From Alphaproteobacteria bacterium (GTDB lineage Bacteria > Pseudomonadota > Alphaproteobacteria > MPNO01 > UBA830), in NCBI GenBank assembly GCA_964291215.2, contig OZ219790.1, forward strand, positions 2,208,001-2,272,000: 64,000 nucleotides of DNA, in the 5' to 3' direction. The position numbers were made by a program, and so were the translations under genes. Every line of letters begins with the position of its first letter. Positions within the stretch are counted from its first letter, which is position 1. Positions 1 through 11,109 of the stretch are shown piece by piece. Under the pieces are notes generated by a model that was given only the letters and a program-made list of their open reading frames with translations, did not search any database and was not told where the DNA came from.

Positions 1-622
1 GGGACAGATAGGCGTTTCGCGAAGACAGCGCCAGACCATCGGGTTCGCGGACGATCGGCATCCCAATCACCCGGACCGGGAACCCGAGATCGGCGACCAT
101 CCGCTCTATGATGCGGAACTGCTGATAGTCCTTTTCCCCGAAATACGCGATGTCGGGACGACAGTGGCGAAGCAGGCGCGCAACGACGGTCACCACCCCG
201 TCAAAGTGCCCCGGCCGCACCGCACCGCAGAGGCCGTCCGCGAGCTCCGGCGCCGCGGCGAGCGACGCCACCGGGCCGTCGGGATAGATATCGCCGACAC
301 CGGGGGCGTAGACGATGTCGACGCCGTGCGCACCAAACAGTTCAAGGTCGCGCCTCTCATCGCGCGGATAGCGCTCGAAATCCTCGCCCGGTGCGAACTG
401 AGTCGGGTTGACGAACAGGCTCGCGACCACGGCGCCACAGTCCGCCCGCGCCCGACGCACCAGCGAAAGGTGACCGTTATGGAGCGCGCCCATGGTCGGA
501 ACCAAGGCGACCGTTGCGCCGCTCCGGCGATGGGGCGACAGCGCCTTGTCGATCTCAGGCGGGTCGCGTGCAACGGCCGGGAGGATGGCGTCCGGAACGG
601 CGCTGTCGTGACGCTGCGTCAC
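1..622 (-). CDS. panC: Pantoate--beta-alanine ligase, 3' end beyond window
   Basis: Manual minus-strand translation from GTG at 622: ...VALVPTMGALHNGHLSL...FVNPTQF...RPGHFDGV...FGEKDYQQ...REPDGLALSSRNAYL; lies downstream of panB. Confidence 0.95.
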   Translation of the reverse strand, partial: MTQRHDSAVPDAILPAVARDPPEIDKALSPHRRSGATVALVPTMGALHNGHLSLVRRARADCGAVVASLFVNPTQFAPGEDFERYPRDERRDLELFGAHGVDIVYAPGVGDIYPDGPVASLAAAPELADGLCGAVRPGHFDGVVTVVARLLRHCRPDIAYFGEKDYQQFRIIERMVADLGFPVRVIGMPIVREPDGLALSSRNAYLS

Positions 623-628
623 GCGGCG

Positions 629-1483
629 TCAGGACTTGAGGTGGCGGACCTCGGCCCCATCGGCTCTCGGCGCCCCGAAACACTGTTCGGGCGCCGGAAA
701 ACGCCGGGCGCGGACGTCATCGGCATAGGCCGCCGCCGCCACTCCAAGATCACGGCCGAACTCGGCGTAGCGGCGGACGAATTTCGGGGTGAACCCGTCG
801 AACATGCCAACGAGATCCTCTGTCACCAGTACCTGACCGTCGCAGGCCGGCGAAGCGCCGATCCCGATCGTCGGCACCGGAACGACGGCGGTAATCTCGC
901 GCGCAACCGGCTCCATCACCCCCTCGACGACCAGAGAGAAAGCGCCGGCATCGGCCACGGCGCGGGCGTCGTCGATAATCTGGCGGGCTGTCGCCATGTC
1001 CTTGCCCTGGATGCGGAAACCGCCATAGGCATGCACCGACTGCGGCATCAGCCCGACATGCCCCATGACCGGGATGCCACGCCGGGCGAGGAACTCTACG
1101 GTTCCGGCCATCGCCACACCGCCTTCAAGCTTGATGCCGTCGCAACCGGTCTCGCACATGATGCGCGCAGCATTGCGATAGGCGAGCTCCGGCGACTCCT
1201 GATAGGATGCGAACGGCATGTCGACGACGACGCAAGCATGCTGCGCGCCACGAACCACGGCAGCGCCATGGTTAATCATCATGTCGACAGAGACGGCAAG
1301 CGTGGTCTCAAGCCCATAGACCACCATGCCGAGGGAATCCCCGACAAGGAGGCAATCGACGTGGCTGTCGAGTATCCGCGCCGTCGGCGCCGTGTAAGCG
1401 GTCAGCACGACTATCGGGTCCCCGCCCTTGCGTGCTGCCAGTTCCGGTGCTGAAATTCGCTTGATCCGGCTAGGGGAACTCAT
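629..1483 (-). CDS. panB: 3-methyl-2-oxobutanoate hydroxymethyltransferase
   Basis: [37 protein letters not shown] motifs; ATG at 1483 with GGAGG RBS. Confidence 0.96.
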   Translation of the reverse strand: MSSPSRIKRISAPELAARKGGDPIVVLTAYTAPTARILDSHVDCLLVGDSLGMVVYGLETTLAVSVDMMINHGAAVVRGAQHACVVVDMPFASYQESPELAYRNAARIMCETGCDGIKLEGGVAMAGTVEFLARRGIPVMGHVGLMPQSVHAYGGFRIQGKDMATARQIIDDARAVADAGAFSLVVEGVMEPVAREITAVVPVPTIGIGASPACDGQVLVTEDLVGMFDGFTPKFVRRYAEFGRDLGVAAAAYADDVRARRFPAPEQCFGAPRADGAEVRHLKS

Positions 1484-1677
1484 CGTTTTCCTCCGCTGTC
1501 CGACACCAATAGCCGCCAGACGCCGCGTCGCCGAAGAGTGCGGACGGAACCTACCAGCCCTGTCCGTATAGTCAATCGCCACCGCATTGCCAGGGATCGA
1601 AGGTCGCACGTGTTGACAACCGATATCCGCGCAACAGCAACGCGCCGCGCCCGACCGCCGCGGCCGGACGCCTGTCG

Positions 1678-2535
1678 ATGAACGCCGCCGCCAGGGGCGC
1701 GCTGTGGATGATCGGTGCGGCGGCGGCGCTGACCGCGATGGCCGTCTGCATCCGCTACCTGCCCGCCTATTCCGTTCTCCTGCTGATCTTCCTGCGCAAC
1801 GTCATCAACCTCGGGCTGCTGGCGCCATCGCTGCTGCGCCACGGCAGCGGCATCTTCCGGACGCAGCGGTTCGGGACCCATGCGCTCCGCAACGCTTTCC
1901 TCTACGGCGGCAACGTGGCATGGTTCTACGGCGTGACCATGGTCTCGCTCGCCGATGTCGCCGCGCTCCAGTTCACCTCGCCGCTGTTCACCGCCCTGAT
2001 CGCTGCCATGTTCCTCGGCGAACGCCTCGACAGCCATCGCGCGCTCGCCATCATCGCTGGCTTCGCCGGCGCGGTCGCAATCATCCGCCCCGGGCTCATC
2101 CCGATGAATTCGGGAACCCTCCTCGTGTTGCTGGCGGCCTTCCTCTATTCCTGCGCCCATGTCGTGACCAAACGCCTGTCCGACACAGAATCGGGGAGCA
2201 CCGTGGTTTTCTTCATGAGCGTCACCATTCTCGCCTATTCGGCAATACCCGCCGCCATGGTCTGGGAGGTGCCGGCGGCCGCGGAGCTTCCGGCGATCAT
2301 CGGGCTCGGCATCACCGGTTACGCCACCCATTACTGCCTCACGCGTTCACTGGCCGAGGCGGACGCGACGTTCGTGATCGCCTTCGACTTCTTCCGCCTG
2401 CCGTTTTCGGTCGCACTCGGCTGGCTGCTGTTCACCGAGATCCTGGACGCATGGACCGGTTTCGGTGCGCTGGTGATATTCGCGGCAGGCTACTACAGCA
2501 CCGTGTGCGAGGGCAAGCAGCGCGGTCCGGAGTAG
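1678..2535 (+). CDS. DMT/EamA family transporter
   Basis: 285 aa, about 10 hydrophobic helices, FTSPLF..L..FLGE signature. Confidence 0.9.
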   Translation: MNAAARGALWMIGAAAALTAMAVCIRYLPAYSVLLLIFLRNVINLGLLAPSLLRHGSGIFRTQRFGTHALRNAFLYGGNVAWFYGVTMVSLADVAALQFTSPLFTALIAAMFLGERLDSHRALAIIAGFAGAVAIIRPGLIPMNSGTLLVLLAAFLYSCAHVVTKRLSDTESGSTVVFFMSVTILAYSAIPAAMVWEVPAAAELPAIIGLGITGYATHYCLTRSLAEADATFVIAFDFFRLPFSVALGWLLFTEILDAWTGFGALVIFAAGYYSTVCEGKQRGPE

Positions 2536-2595
2536 ACCGGACGATCAGCCAAAGCAGCAAGCCGCCGGCAACCGGCGATATGGTATGATGCCATC

Positions 2596-3816
2596 ATGAA
2601 CGATTCTTCCCCGTCCGGGGATCCGCCCCACCGAGCTCATCCGGCAATCAGGATTCGTCCCAGGCACAGTCGGCGCGTGCGCACCGGCCATCCATGGATC
2701 TATTCCAACGAGCTTGAGGCATCACCGGAAACGCAGGCGCTCGCCCCCGGCGCGGTGGTGACGGTCGTCGATTCCGGCGGCGAGCGGATCGGCACCGCAA
2801 CCTTCAATCCAGGCCACCTGATCGCGGCGCGGATGCTCACGCGCGATGCCGACACCGTGATCGATGCCGCTTGGCTCGCAGGCCGGCTCCAACGCGCCTG
2901 CGCGCTGCGCGACCGTATGCTGGACGCGCCGTATTACCGGCTCGTCCATGGCGAGGCCGACGGCCTGCCCGGCCTTGTTGTCGACCGTTACGGCAAGGTC
3001 TGCGTGGCGCAGCTCAATTCGGCTGGCATGGAGCAGCTTGACGGGGTGCTCGGCGAAGCCCTGTTCGGAACGCTTCCGATCGAGGGCGTTGTGGTTCGGC
3101 GCGACGGGAGCGGCCGCCGCTTCGAAGGCCTCGACAGCGCCCCGCCGATTTCGTTGGGCAAGACCGAAACGCCGATCCGGGTCGTAGAGAACGGCTGCGG
3201 GTTCCTTGTCGACCCTCTCGAAGGGCAGAAGACCGGCTGGTTCTTCGACCACCGCGAGAATCGCGCCCGGGCCGCGACGCTGGCGGCGGGCTGCAGCGTC
3301 CTCGACCTCTATTGTTATCTCGGCGGTTTCGGCATGCAGGCCGCCGCCAGCGGCGCGGCCTCGGTACTCGGCGTCGACCGTTCCGCACCCGCCCTCGATC
3401 TGGCCCGGCGGACGGCAGCGGAAAACGGACTCGCCGACCGCTGCCGGTTCCTGCGTGGCGAGGTATTCGAAGCACTTGGGGAGTTTGCGGCGGAAGGCCG
3501 GACCTTCGATGTCGTGATCGCCGATCCGCCAGCGTTCGTGAAGGTCCGCAAGGACCTCAAGCCCGGTCTCAGGGGGTACCGCAAGCTCGTCCGCCTGGCC
3601 GCTGCCGCGACTGCCCCGGGCGGCATCCTGTGCGTGGCATCGTGTTCGTTCCATGTCGACGCTCCGATGCTCGGCGAGCAGATCCGGCGCGGCCTCGCCG
3701 ACGCCCGGCGTTCCGCCCGCATACTTCATCTCGGGGGCGCCGGACCGGACCATCCCGTGCATCCGCATCTTGCGGAGAGCGCCTATCTGAAGTGTTTTTT
3801 TCTTCAACTGGATTGA
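2596..3816 (+). CDS. rlmI: Class I SAM-dependent rRNA methyltransferase (RlmI-like, PUA domain)
   Basis: GHPWIYSNE, GEADGLPGLVVDRYG, GQKTGWFFDHRENR, DLYCYLGGF, DPPAF. Confidence 0.88.
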   Translation: MNDSSPSGDPPHRAHPAIRIRPRHSRRVRTGHPWIYSNELEASPETQALAPGAVVTVVDSGGERIGTATFNPGHLIAARMLTRDADTVIDAAWLAGRLQRACALRDRMLDAPYYRLVHGEADGLPGLVVDRYGKVCVAQLNSAGMEQLDGVLGEALFGTLPIEGVVVRRDGSGRRFEGLDSAPPISLGKTETPIRVVENGCGFLVDPLEGQKTGWFFDHRENRARAATLAAGCSVLDLYCYLGGFGMQAAASGAASVLGVDRSAPALDLARRTAAENGLADRCRFLRGEVFEALGEFAAEGRTFDVVIADPPAFVKVRKDLKPGLRGYRKLVRLAAAATAPGGILCVASCSFHVDAPMLGEQIRRGLADARRSARILHLGGAGPDHPVHPHLAESAYLKCFFLQLD

Positions 3817-3889
3817 GCGGCGGCGCGATCCGCGCTATCGACTGAGCACTGACGGCCGAACCGGCAATGTTCCTGCAGGGAGACCCGAA

Positions 3890-4516
3890 ATGCTGAAGAT
3901 TCTGGGGCGCGCGACCTCGTCCAACGTGCAAAAGGTTGTCTGGCTATGCAACGAGACCGGGCTGCCGTTCGAGCGCACGGACATAGGCGGCCCCTTCGGC
4001 GGCAATGATCAGCCGGATTACTTGGCGCTCAACCCCAACGGCGTCATCCCGACCATCGATGACGACGGTTTCGTGCTGTGGGAATCAAATTCGATAGTCC
4101 GCTACCTCGCCGAGAAGCACGCTGCCGGCACCGGGCTCTGGCCTGACGACCTGCAGGCGCGCGCCAGCGCGGGACGATGGATGGACTGGTCGACATCGAC
4201 GCTCGCCAGCCGTCACGTGCCGGTTTATCAGGGACTGATCAGGACGCCGGAAGAAAAGCGCGACCATGACCGCATCGCGGCATCGCGCATGCATTGGAGC
4301 AATGCGAACGCCATCCTGAACTCTTGGCTGTCGTCGCACGCCTACCTTTCGGGCGACGAGTTCGGAATCGGAGACATTCCCGCCGCGCCCTTCACCCATC
4401 GCTGGTTCAGCCTAGACATCGAGCGCGAGGACTATCCCAACCTGAGACGCTGGTATGACGCGATCTGCGAACGCGACGCGTTCCGCAGGAGCGTCATCGA
4501 CATCGGGCTTCACTGA
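3890..4516 (+). CDS. Glutathione S-transferase family protein
   Basis: GRATSSNVQKV, LNPNGVIP, LWESNSIVRYL. Confidence 0.93.
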   Translation: MLKILGRATSSNVQKVVWLCNETGLPFERTDIGGPFGGNDQPDYLALNPNGVIPTIDDDGFVLWESNSIVRYLAEKHAAGTGLWPDDLQARASAGRWMDWSTSTLASRHVPVYQGLIRTPEEKRDHDRIAASRMHWSNANAILNSWLSSHAYLSGDEFGIGDIPAAPFTHRWFSLDIEREDYPNLRRWYDAICERDAFRRSVIDIGLH

Positions 4517-4649
4517 ATCTCCACCACCGCAGGCCGTTCAGGACCCGGATCCGGAACAGCGCCTTGTCATGCGCGCGGCCGTACCGGCGCGGGCTCGACC
4601 GGCAAGCGGCGGCGTCTGCAAGGACCGCACGAGGCAGATTGGCGACGGA

Positions 4650-4976
4650 TCACCTCCAGAACCGCCGCGGGCGGCGGCGGCTCGAGGCGATCCACAGCAG
4701 GACAAGCCCGGGTACGCCGAAAACGGCCCACGCCGGAAATTCCAGGATGGTCTGCACGACCGCTTCCCACAGCCATGCCCAAACATAGCGCTGGACAACC
4801 GCTTGCGAGATATTCAGTGACGCCGTCCCTAGAATCTGGTCTAGGCGGAACCAGATCTCGCCGAACGGAACCAGCCGGTACCCGTCGCTGCCGACCGCCA
4901 GAGAGACCTCGAATCCTGCAGCGAGAACGGCAAGCACCAGCAGAATCCAGCCGATCAGGCGCAACACCATGTTCAT
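4650..4976 (-). CDS. Small hypothetical membrane protein
   Basis: Two hydrophobic segments, SLN..QAVVQRY...LW pattern, basic C-terminus; start approximate. Confidence 0.7.
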   Translation of the reverse strand: MNMVLRLIGWILLVLAVLAAGFEVSLAVGSDGYRLVPFGEIWFRLDQILGTASLNISQAVVQRYVWAWLWEAVVQTILEFPAWAVFGVPGLVLLWIASSRRRPRRFWR

Positions 4977-5193
4977 CCTTCCGCATGCGTGACGGGCAGC
5001 GATGGCTATCGTCCCGCACCCCGCTGCCGCAGGCGCCTCCAAACACGGTTTTTCATATGTTATGAGGGATGAGCGAGTTGGTCAAAGCGCCGGAAAATCC
5101 GGCCGCCGCAGAACACTGTAGTCGGAATCGGCGGCGCCACCGCGTTTCGGAGATATTGTCGATCACCGCGGCATCGTGCATATTCCGCATCGT

Positions 5194-5284
5194 GGAGGGA
5201 TGGCCGAGCGGCTTAAGGCGCACGCTTGGAAAGCGTGTATACGGTGACCCCGTATCGTGGGTTCGAATCCCACTCCCTCCGCCA
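5194..5284 (+). tRNA. tRNA-Ser(GGA)
   Basis: GGAGGGA/TCCCTCC acceptor stem, anticodon arm CACGC-TTGGAAA-GCGTG, long variable arm, GGTTCGAATCC T-loop, encoded CCA. Confidence 0.97.
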
Positions 5285-5499
5285 CCCCGCACTTTCTAAG
5301 TCGTAAAGCCCATAATTTGCCATCTGTTCTCACCATGGGTGCGCACAGGAGGAAAGCTAATGCCCGAACATTAGCTGTTAACGCGAAAAAGGGCGCCGAT
5401 GGTCGCCAGCGCCCTCGATTGTATAGAGAGTTTCGGTCGGTCAGCCCGACAGGACAAAAAAAGACACCCAAAGAAGCTCGCCAAGTGCATGGTGAGAAT

Positions 5500-6040
5500 T
5501 TACGGGTGTCCCATGCCCTGTCAACAGGTAGCGGCCGCTAACGACTCTCTCAGCAGAATTTTTTTCGGGCCGGTTCGCCCGCCATGGACACCAGAGAACG
5601 TCCCCCTCTCGATCCGCCACCGGATCCGGGCTGCGCTCGCCTCGCCCGAACGTGATCAGATCGATCCCCTCCGCCCCGGCAAACCGCTCGAGCGCCGCGA
5701 CACAGGCCCGCGTCATCGGCGCCATCAGGGCCGAAAACGGCACCGGCATGCCGCGAACATTCCGCAACAAGTAGGCCACGCCACCCGGCGCCTGAAGCAT
5801 CGGCACGTAGCCGTTGAGATACAGCCTGTCGAGGCATTCAAGCTCCAGCGTGACGTGCTCGCGAAGAACCTCACCGGCGCTCCGTGCCATAGTCATCGTC
5901 AGGACTCCGTTCAATGGGGTCACCACATGGCACATTGCCACCAACGCCCAACCGCGACCATCAGGCGGATCACTCCGCAGAGCGGAACAGCGAACCGAGT
6001 CCGCAGACCTCTCGTCGGTCTGAGGCGAAACCTCGCTGGG
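5500..6040 (-). pseudogene. 5' fragment of an unclassified transposase-like gene
   Basis: EHVTLELECLDRLYLNGYVPMLQ N-terminus, truncated after about 110 codons; family assignment from recall only. Confidence 0.55.
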
Positions 6041-6041
6041 C

Positions 6042-6282
6042 TTTGCTGTCTTCTGCTGTCCGGAGGTTTCACGGTGTGCCGGATTTTCTGGCTTCGGGGC
6101 CGTCCGCGGTCGTCGCCGGCACGTGGGCGGGTTGTTTTCGGGATGTGGGCGGGTTGTGGGCGGCGTCCGGGAATCGGCCGGACACCATTGGCGCTCAGGG
6201 CTGCGACGGCTTCCCGGCGGTCGAGCCGCCGCCGTGTTTCGGCGAGGCTCTCGCGTCGGTTGGCGAAGATCGCCGCGAGCGC
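6042..6282 (-). repeat. ISAs1-family 3' fragment; inverted copy of 13486-13727
   Basis: Near-identical reverse complement of 13486-13727; encodes ALA.IFANRRESLAETRRRL. Confidence 0.8.
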
Positions 6283-8438
6283 GGGGGCCGATATTCTCTA
6301 CGGCAGCGACCGCAAAGACTGGCTCCGTGGTGAGGCGGGGGACGACATCCTCTACGGCAATACCGGCTACCTCTACGGCAATACCGGCTACGACATGCTC
6401 TACGGCGGCAACGACGGAGACCGCACGGCCACGAAGGCGACGAACTCCTCTATGGCGGCATCGGCGACGACATCCTCAATGGCGAGGCCGGCGACGACAG
6501 ACTCCACGGCGACGAAGGTGACGACATCCTCAAGGGTAGCGACGGCAGTGATCGGTTTATCTTTAGTAACTGCTCACCCCCTGGTTCCGGCTTGATGTCG
6601 GGGTAGAGTAACGAACGGGTTTTCGTGGAGATTTGACACTGCAGGCCGATTCGTTTAGTGGTGGTTATCGAGAACGACGAGGACCGCCAGTGGGCTACTT
6701 TGGATCGAAGGCGACGAGCAGGCTGTGCCAGCTGCTTCCGGGGCTCCAGCCTCCGCATGATCTGTATGTGGAAACGCATCCGGGAGACGGCGCGCTGATG
6801 AAGCGCAAGGCGGAGTACCGGAAGATGCCGCCGGGTGAGCGCCAGGCGATGCTCGCAACGATCATGACCGTCGAGGCCGGGTGATGGCGACGGTCAACGC
6901 GGCGCGCGAGGAGTTCGAAGCGGCCAAGACCGCGGCGCTGCCGGCAAGGTGGCGGAAGAGGCCGTGATCCGCGTCCTCGTCATCCTGCTCGACATCCTCA
7001 TCGTCGTCCTTCTGGAGAAGACTACGCACGAGCCGGAACTCCGGTCTGCCGCCGTCACAGACGGACGAGAGCGTGCCGGAAGCAACGGCAAGGGCCCGAA
7101 GCCGAACCGGCAGATGGGCGACAACCTGCGCAAGACCATCGTCGAGGAGACGGTCGCGGCCTGCGACGCCTGCGGCGCCGACATCGACGGCCCCGTCGAT
7201 CGGGAGCGCCGCACGACATCGTGTTCGAGGTCGTCGAGCGCCGCGCCGAGATCAAGGAATGCCCGAAGTGCAAGGCCCGGGGCCGGTTCCCCGACAACAT
7301 CCCGTGCAGTACGGCATCGGCATCCAGGCCCTCGTCATCAACCTGCTGGTCGCCCAGATGCTATCCCTGCGCCGTCGCGTTCGTGCAGGCGATCTCCGGC
7401 ATCAAGCTCTCCGAGGCCTCGGCTATGCTTTCACGATGCGTCATGGGAGGAGGCCGCCGTGGCGCACCTCCTGCAACGCCCGATGTCGACGATTTCGGAT
7501 CAACAGTAAGTGGCTCCATGTCGTGGGACCCTGACGTGCAAGTTCCCGCACCGCAAGCGCGGGCAAGAGATCGGCCCGTGCTACAAGGGCGTCCTGGTCC
7601 ACGACTGCTGGGCCTCGTACATGGGCTATGACCAATGTAGCCACCAGCTGTGCGGCAGCCACCTGCTGCGCGAACTGACCTTTGTCGTCGAGGCTACCGC
7701 GCGACTGATGAAGAGCCTGCTCCGCGAGGTCTGCCACAAGGTCAACAAGAGCGCATCCAAAACCCTGAACGACGCCGGGCGCGAGCGCTACCGCACCATC
7801 AGGGCGCCAGGGAACTGCCCGACATCCCGCCGAAAGGAAAACGTGGACGCAAGTCCGACGCGCACAACCTGCACGAACGTCTCGTGAAACACGAAAACCT
7901 GCGCTTCACAGACGACCCCAACGTCAGCTTCACCAACAATGCCGGAGAACAGAAAATCAGGATGGCAAAGGTCAAGGTGTCCGGATGCTTCCGCTCCACG
8001 CAAAAGCATGGTGCCGGGGCTCAAGCTACCTCACCTCCATGGCCGCACTCGGCTACAACCCACTCGTCGCCACCCAGATCGCCCTCGACGGAAAAGCCGC
8101 AGACATCATCAACGAGCACTATGGCCAATCAGAACCCAACAAGGGGTGAGTAGATACTATCTTTATTGATTACCGGGACAACGGTAGCGACACGATCGTC
8201 GATTTTCAGGACAGCCGGGACGTCATCAACATCAGGGATGTGCAGGTGCAGACCCGTATTTCGTATGACGGTGGCCTCACCTGGGTCGGAGAAAATGTCG
8301 GAAGCGGGAGCTTCGACGATCTCACCATTGTCCAAATCGGGCGACGACACGGTCATCACCTACGATGGCGGGTCAATCATGTTGGAGGGGATCCAGGCGT
8401 CGCAAATCACCGAGGCCGATTTCGACTTCATTGGCTGA
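6283..8438 (+). pseudogene. RTX/hemolysin-type Ca-binding repeat protein, 5'-truncated and split by IS66 insertion
   Basis: GGxGxDxLxG-type nonapeptides (GEAGDDILYG, GGIGDDILNG, GDEGDDILKG); GSDRFIF resumes after the IS as ..GSDTIVDFQ..; type I secretion-like tail ITEADFDFIG. Confidence 0.85.
6566..8157 (+). mobile_element. IS66-family element, degenerate: internally deleted DNA adenine methylase-like ORF plus TnpC
   Basis: IRL GTAACTGCTCACCCC, IRR GGGGTGAGTAGATAC, 8-bp TSD TATCTTTA (6558-6565, 8158-8165); VLVHDCWASY, HQLCGSHLLREL, FTNNAGEQKIR. Confidence 0.9.
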
Positions 8439-8537
8439 GGCGGCAATACGTCATGTCGCCCGAGGTGTGCGATGCGGGCGCACCTGCGGTGCAAGGTGAT
8501 CTCATGCTTGTTGATGTGATGTGATCGGAGTTCTGAT

Positions 8538-10035
8538 GGGTGCAGTTCTCGCATGGCGAATGCAAGTCATTGATTTAACGCGGTTGTGTGGTCGCGAGGC
8601 AGCGGCAAAAACGGGTTTTCGTGACAATCGCCCGTTTCAGGACAGGATTTTGTCACGGGCCGAGCGGTGGAGGTGGGAACGCTCTGCACCGGAAGATGCG
8701 ATATGATATTGAAGATAATCCACAGCATCAGGAGCCCTCCCATGTCAGTTTCGCAGCCTTCCGCGTCGATCGATATTTCCGGCTTGCCGCCTCGGGTTGT
8801 CGAGGCGGTCACGCAGATAACCGCAGTTTGTCATCGGCAACTCGGTTCGCAGCGCTCTGCCGAGGCCTTTGAGGAAACGGAGCGGCGGGTGCGTGAGAGC
8901 GTGTACGCGCTGCGAGATCCTGGGCGCCGAGGCCCGGGACGATGGTGCGCCCCGGATCGAGCGGGACGGGCAGAGATGGTTCCGTGTGGCGCCGAAGACG
9001 ATGATGACCTCGCCCGGTGACCTTTTGGCGTGCGCGCTACCGCACCGGCGCACGCTGACGGTCGCTGATGCCGGTGGACGAAAGCCTCGTCGACGACTAC
9101 CTGACACGACCGGCGGCTTGGGCTGATGATGATGGGCGGCAGCGGAGGCGTTGTTCGGCAAGCTCGGTGCCATGACGCCAGCACCTTGCAGCACCTGACC
9201 ATGCAGGAGCGCCGGGAAAGTCTCGGCCCCGACATCCGTGAAGCGGAGGACATCCCGCAGGACGCGGTCACCGCCTCGCTGGACGGCGTCATGGTGGCGG
9301 GCCAGCGGGGACGGCCGTTCCGAGGCCTGCTGGCGCGAGGCGGCCTGTGGCACGGTCTCCTTCCACGACGGTGAGCGCCTGAAGACCGTCTGTCTCGGCC
9401 GCATGCCCGAGGGCCGAAAGTGCACACTGAAGGCGCAGCTCGCAAGCGAAGTCGCTCATATCAGGCGGAAACGTCCCGAGATCAGCGCCATCGCCGACAA
9501 CTGGACCTTCCTCGGGGGTCTCGAGCCCGAAACCGAGGTGATCGACTTCTGGCATGCCTGCGAGCATCTGCGCGTGGCGGCCGACCATGCAGCGGCGCCC
9601 TACTGGTTCGAGAAGTACCGCGAGATCCTGCGTCACGCCCCCCGCGGCATCGACAGGGTGATCCGGGCGCTGCGCCACCTTCGCGACACCGCGACGCCAA
9701 CATCAACAGGGAACTGTCCTTCTTCCGCAAGCATCGCCACCGCATGCGCTACCACGCGCTGAAGCAACCGGCTCGGGAATTGTCGAGGCGGCAAACAAGA
9801 CCCTCGTCACACAGCGCATGAAACGCTCCGGCATGCGCTGGCGCATCGTCGGCGGACAATCACCTTCCGCGCCCTGCTTGAAGCCAGCCGCTTCGAGAGC
9901 GCGTGGACGGCCATGATCGGTGCAGACGACGCACCAGCCAACGACAACATCAGCCCAAATCACACCCCGGCACTGGCCGCATGAGATGAACAAGTGGTAC
10001 TGAGCCTGCAACTGTGCCATACGAAACTCCCACCC
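8538..10035 (+). mobile_element. ISKra4-family element, frameshifted
   Basis: Imperfect IRs GGGTGCAGTTCTCGCATGGC / GCCATACGAAACTCCCACCC; SLDGVMV, IDFWHACEHL, GSGIVEAANK..RMKRSGMRW. Confidence 0.8.
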
Positions 10036-10697
10036 CTAAAAAAAGAAATCAAGCCGTAGCTGAAGCAGTACTGGTGCATTCCACCGCACCGGAGCGCACA
10101 GTTCGTGGCGGCGGACGTGCTTGACATTTATCAGCGGGACTTTGCCAGGGACGAGGTGCTGGTGTGCATGGATGAAACCAGCCGGCAGCAGACGAAGGAA
10201 CCCCCCCGGTCAGCCGGAGGTGGTCGACTATGAATATGAGCGCAACGGCACGGCCAACCTCTTCCTGGCCTTTGCGCCCAACGAGAACTGGCGCACGGTG
10301 AAAGTCACCGACCGCCGCGGGACTGGACGCACTTCATCCGGGAGCTTGCCGACGACCATTTCCCCGACAAGAAGATCGTGCTGGACAATCTGAACACGCA
10401 CAGTCACTGTATGAAGCCTTCGAGCCCGAGGAGGCGGGTGCGAAAGCGGTTCGAGTTTCGCTACACGCCGAAGCACGGAAGCTGGCTCAACATGGCCGAA
10501 ATCGAGATCGGTGCGCTATCGCGGCAGTGCCTTCGGCGACGCATTCCCGACCGCGACACCATGCTGCGGGAGACGGCGGCGTGGGTGGAACGGCGCAATG
10601 CGGCCGATGTCACTGTCGACTGGCGTTTCACGACGAAGGATGCCCGGACGAAACTGAAGTCTCTATATCCATCATTACAATAATGTCATACTGCTAG
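10036..10697 (+). mobile_element. IS630-family 3' half, degenerate
   Basis: DYEYERNG, LDNLNTH, YTPKHGSWLNMAEIE; ends at CTAG; near-identical to the copy at 23806-25031. Confidence 0.88.
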
Positions 10698-11109
10698 GGC
10701 GAGTGAAGGCCAGGTACTCGATGTCAGCGGGATCGCCGACATCAGGCCAAAACCGCACTTCCAGATCCGGCAGTTCGGCACTGATCGCCGCGCGCCAATC
10801 CGCGCCCGTTCCCATCAGGAGGTTGCAAATCAGAAGCGCCATGGTCCGGCCGCCCCGAGCGCGTACCGTGCGGCGACGTATCGATATCGTCAGTCACGGC
10901 TTCCTCGAGCCCCGGGACCGTCGAAGAGAGGCATACCGAAGACGCAGATCGCGGCGATCATCCGCCAGACACAACCGGCTGGTCGCGATCGACGGAAACG
11001 CGCGTGACGCCGGATGCATCGCACGCCCCCGGCGCGGCAGACACCGGCAGCAGAGGGCCGCGGTCGCCGCCGGGAAGCGCGGCAACAGCTCGGTCTCCCG
11101 CAGCGGCGG

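Noticed and set aside
164-1453. Long shadow ORFs (also 14686-16044, 18116-19375, 30422-31756, 33955-35490, 61664-63067)
   Set aside because: Antisense or alternate frames of well-supported genes, as expected at high GC
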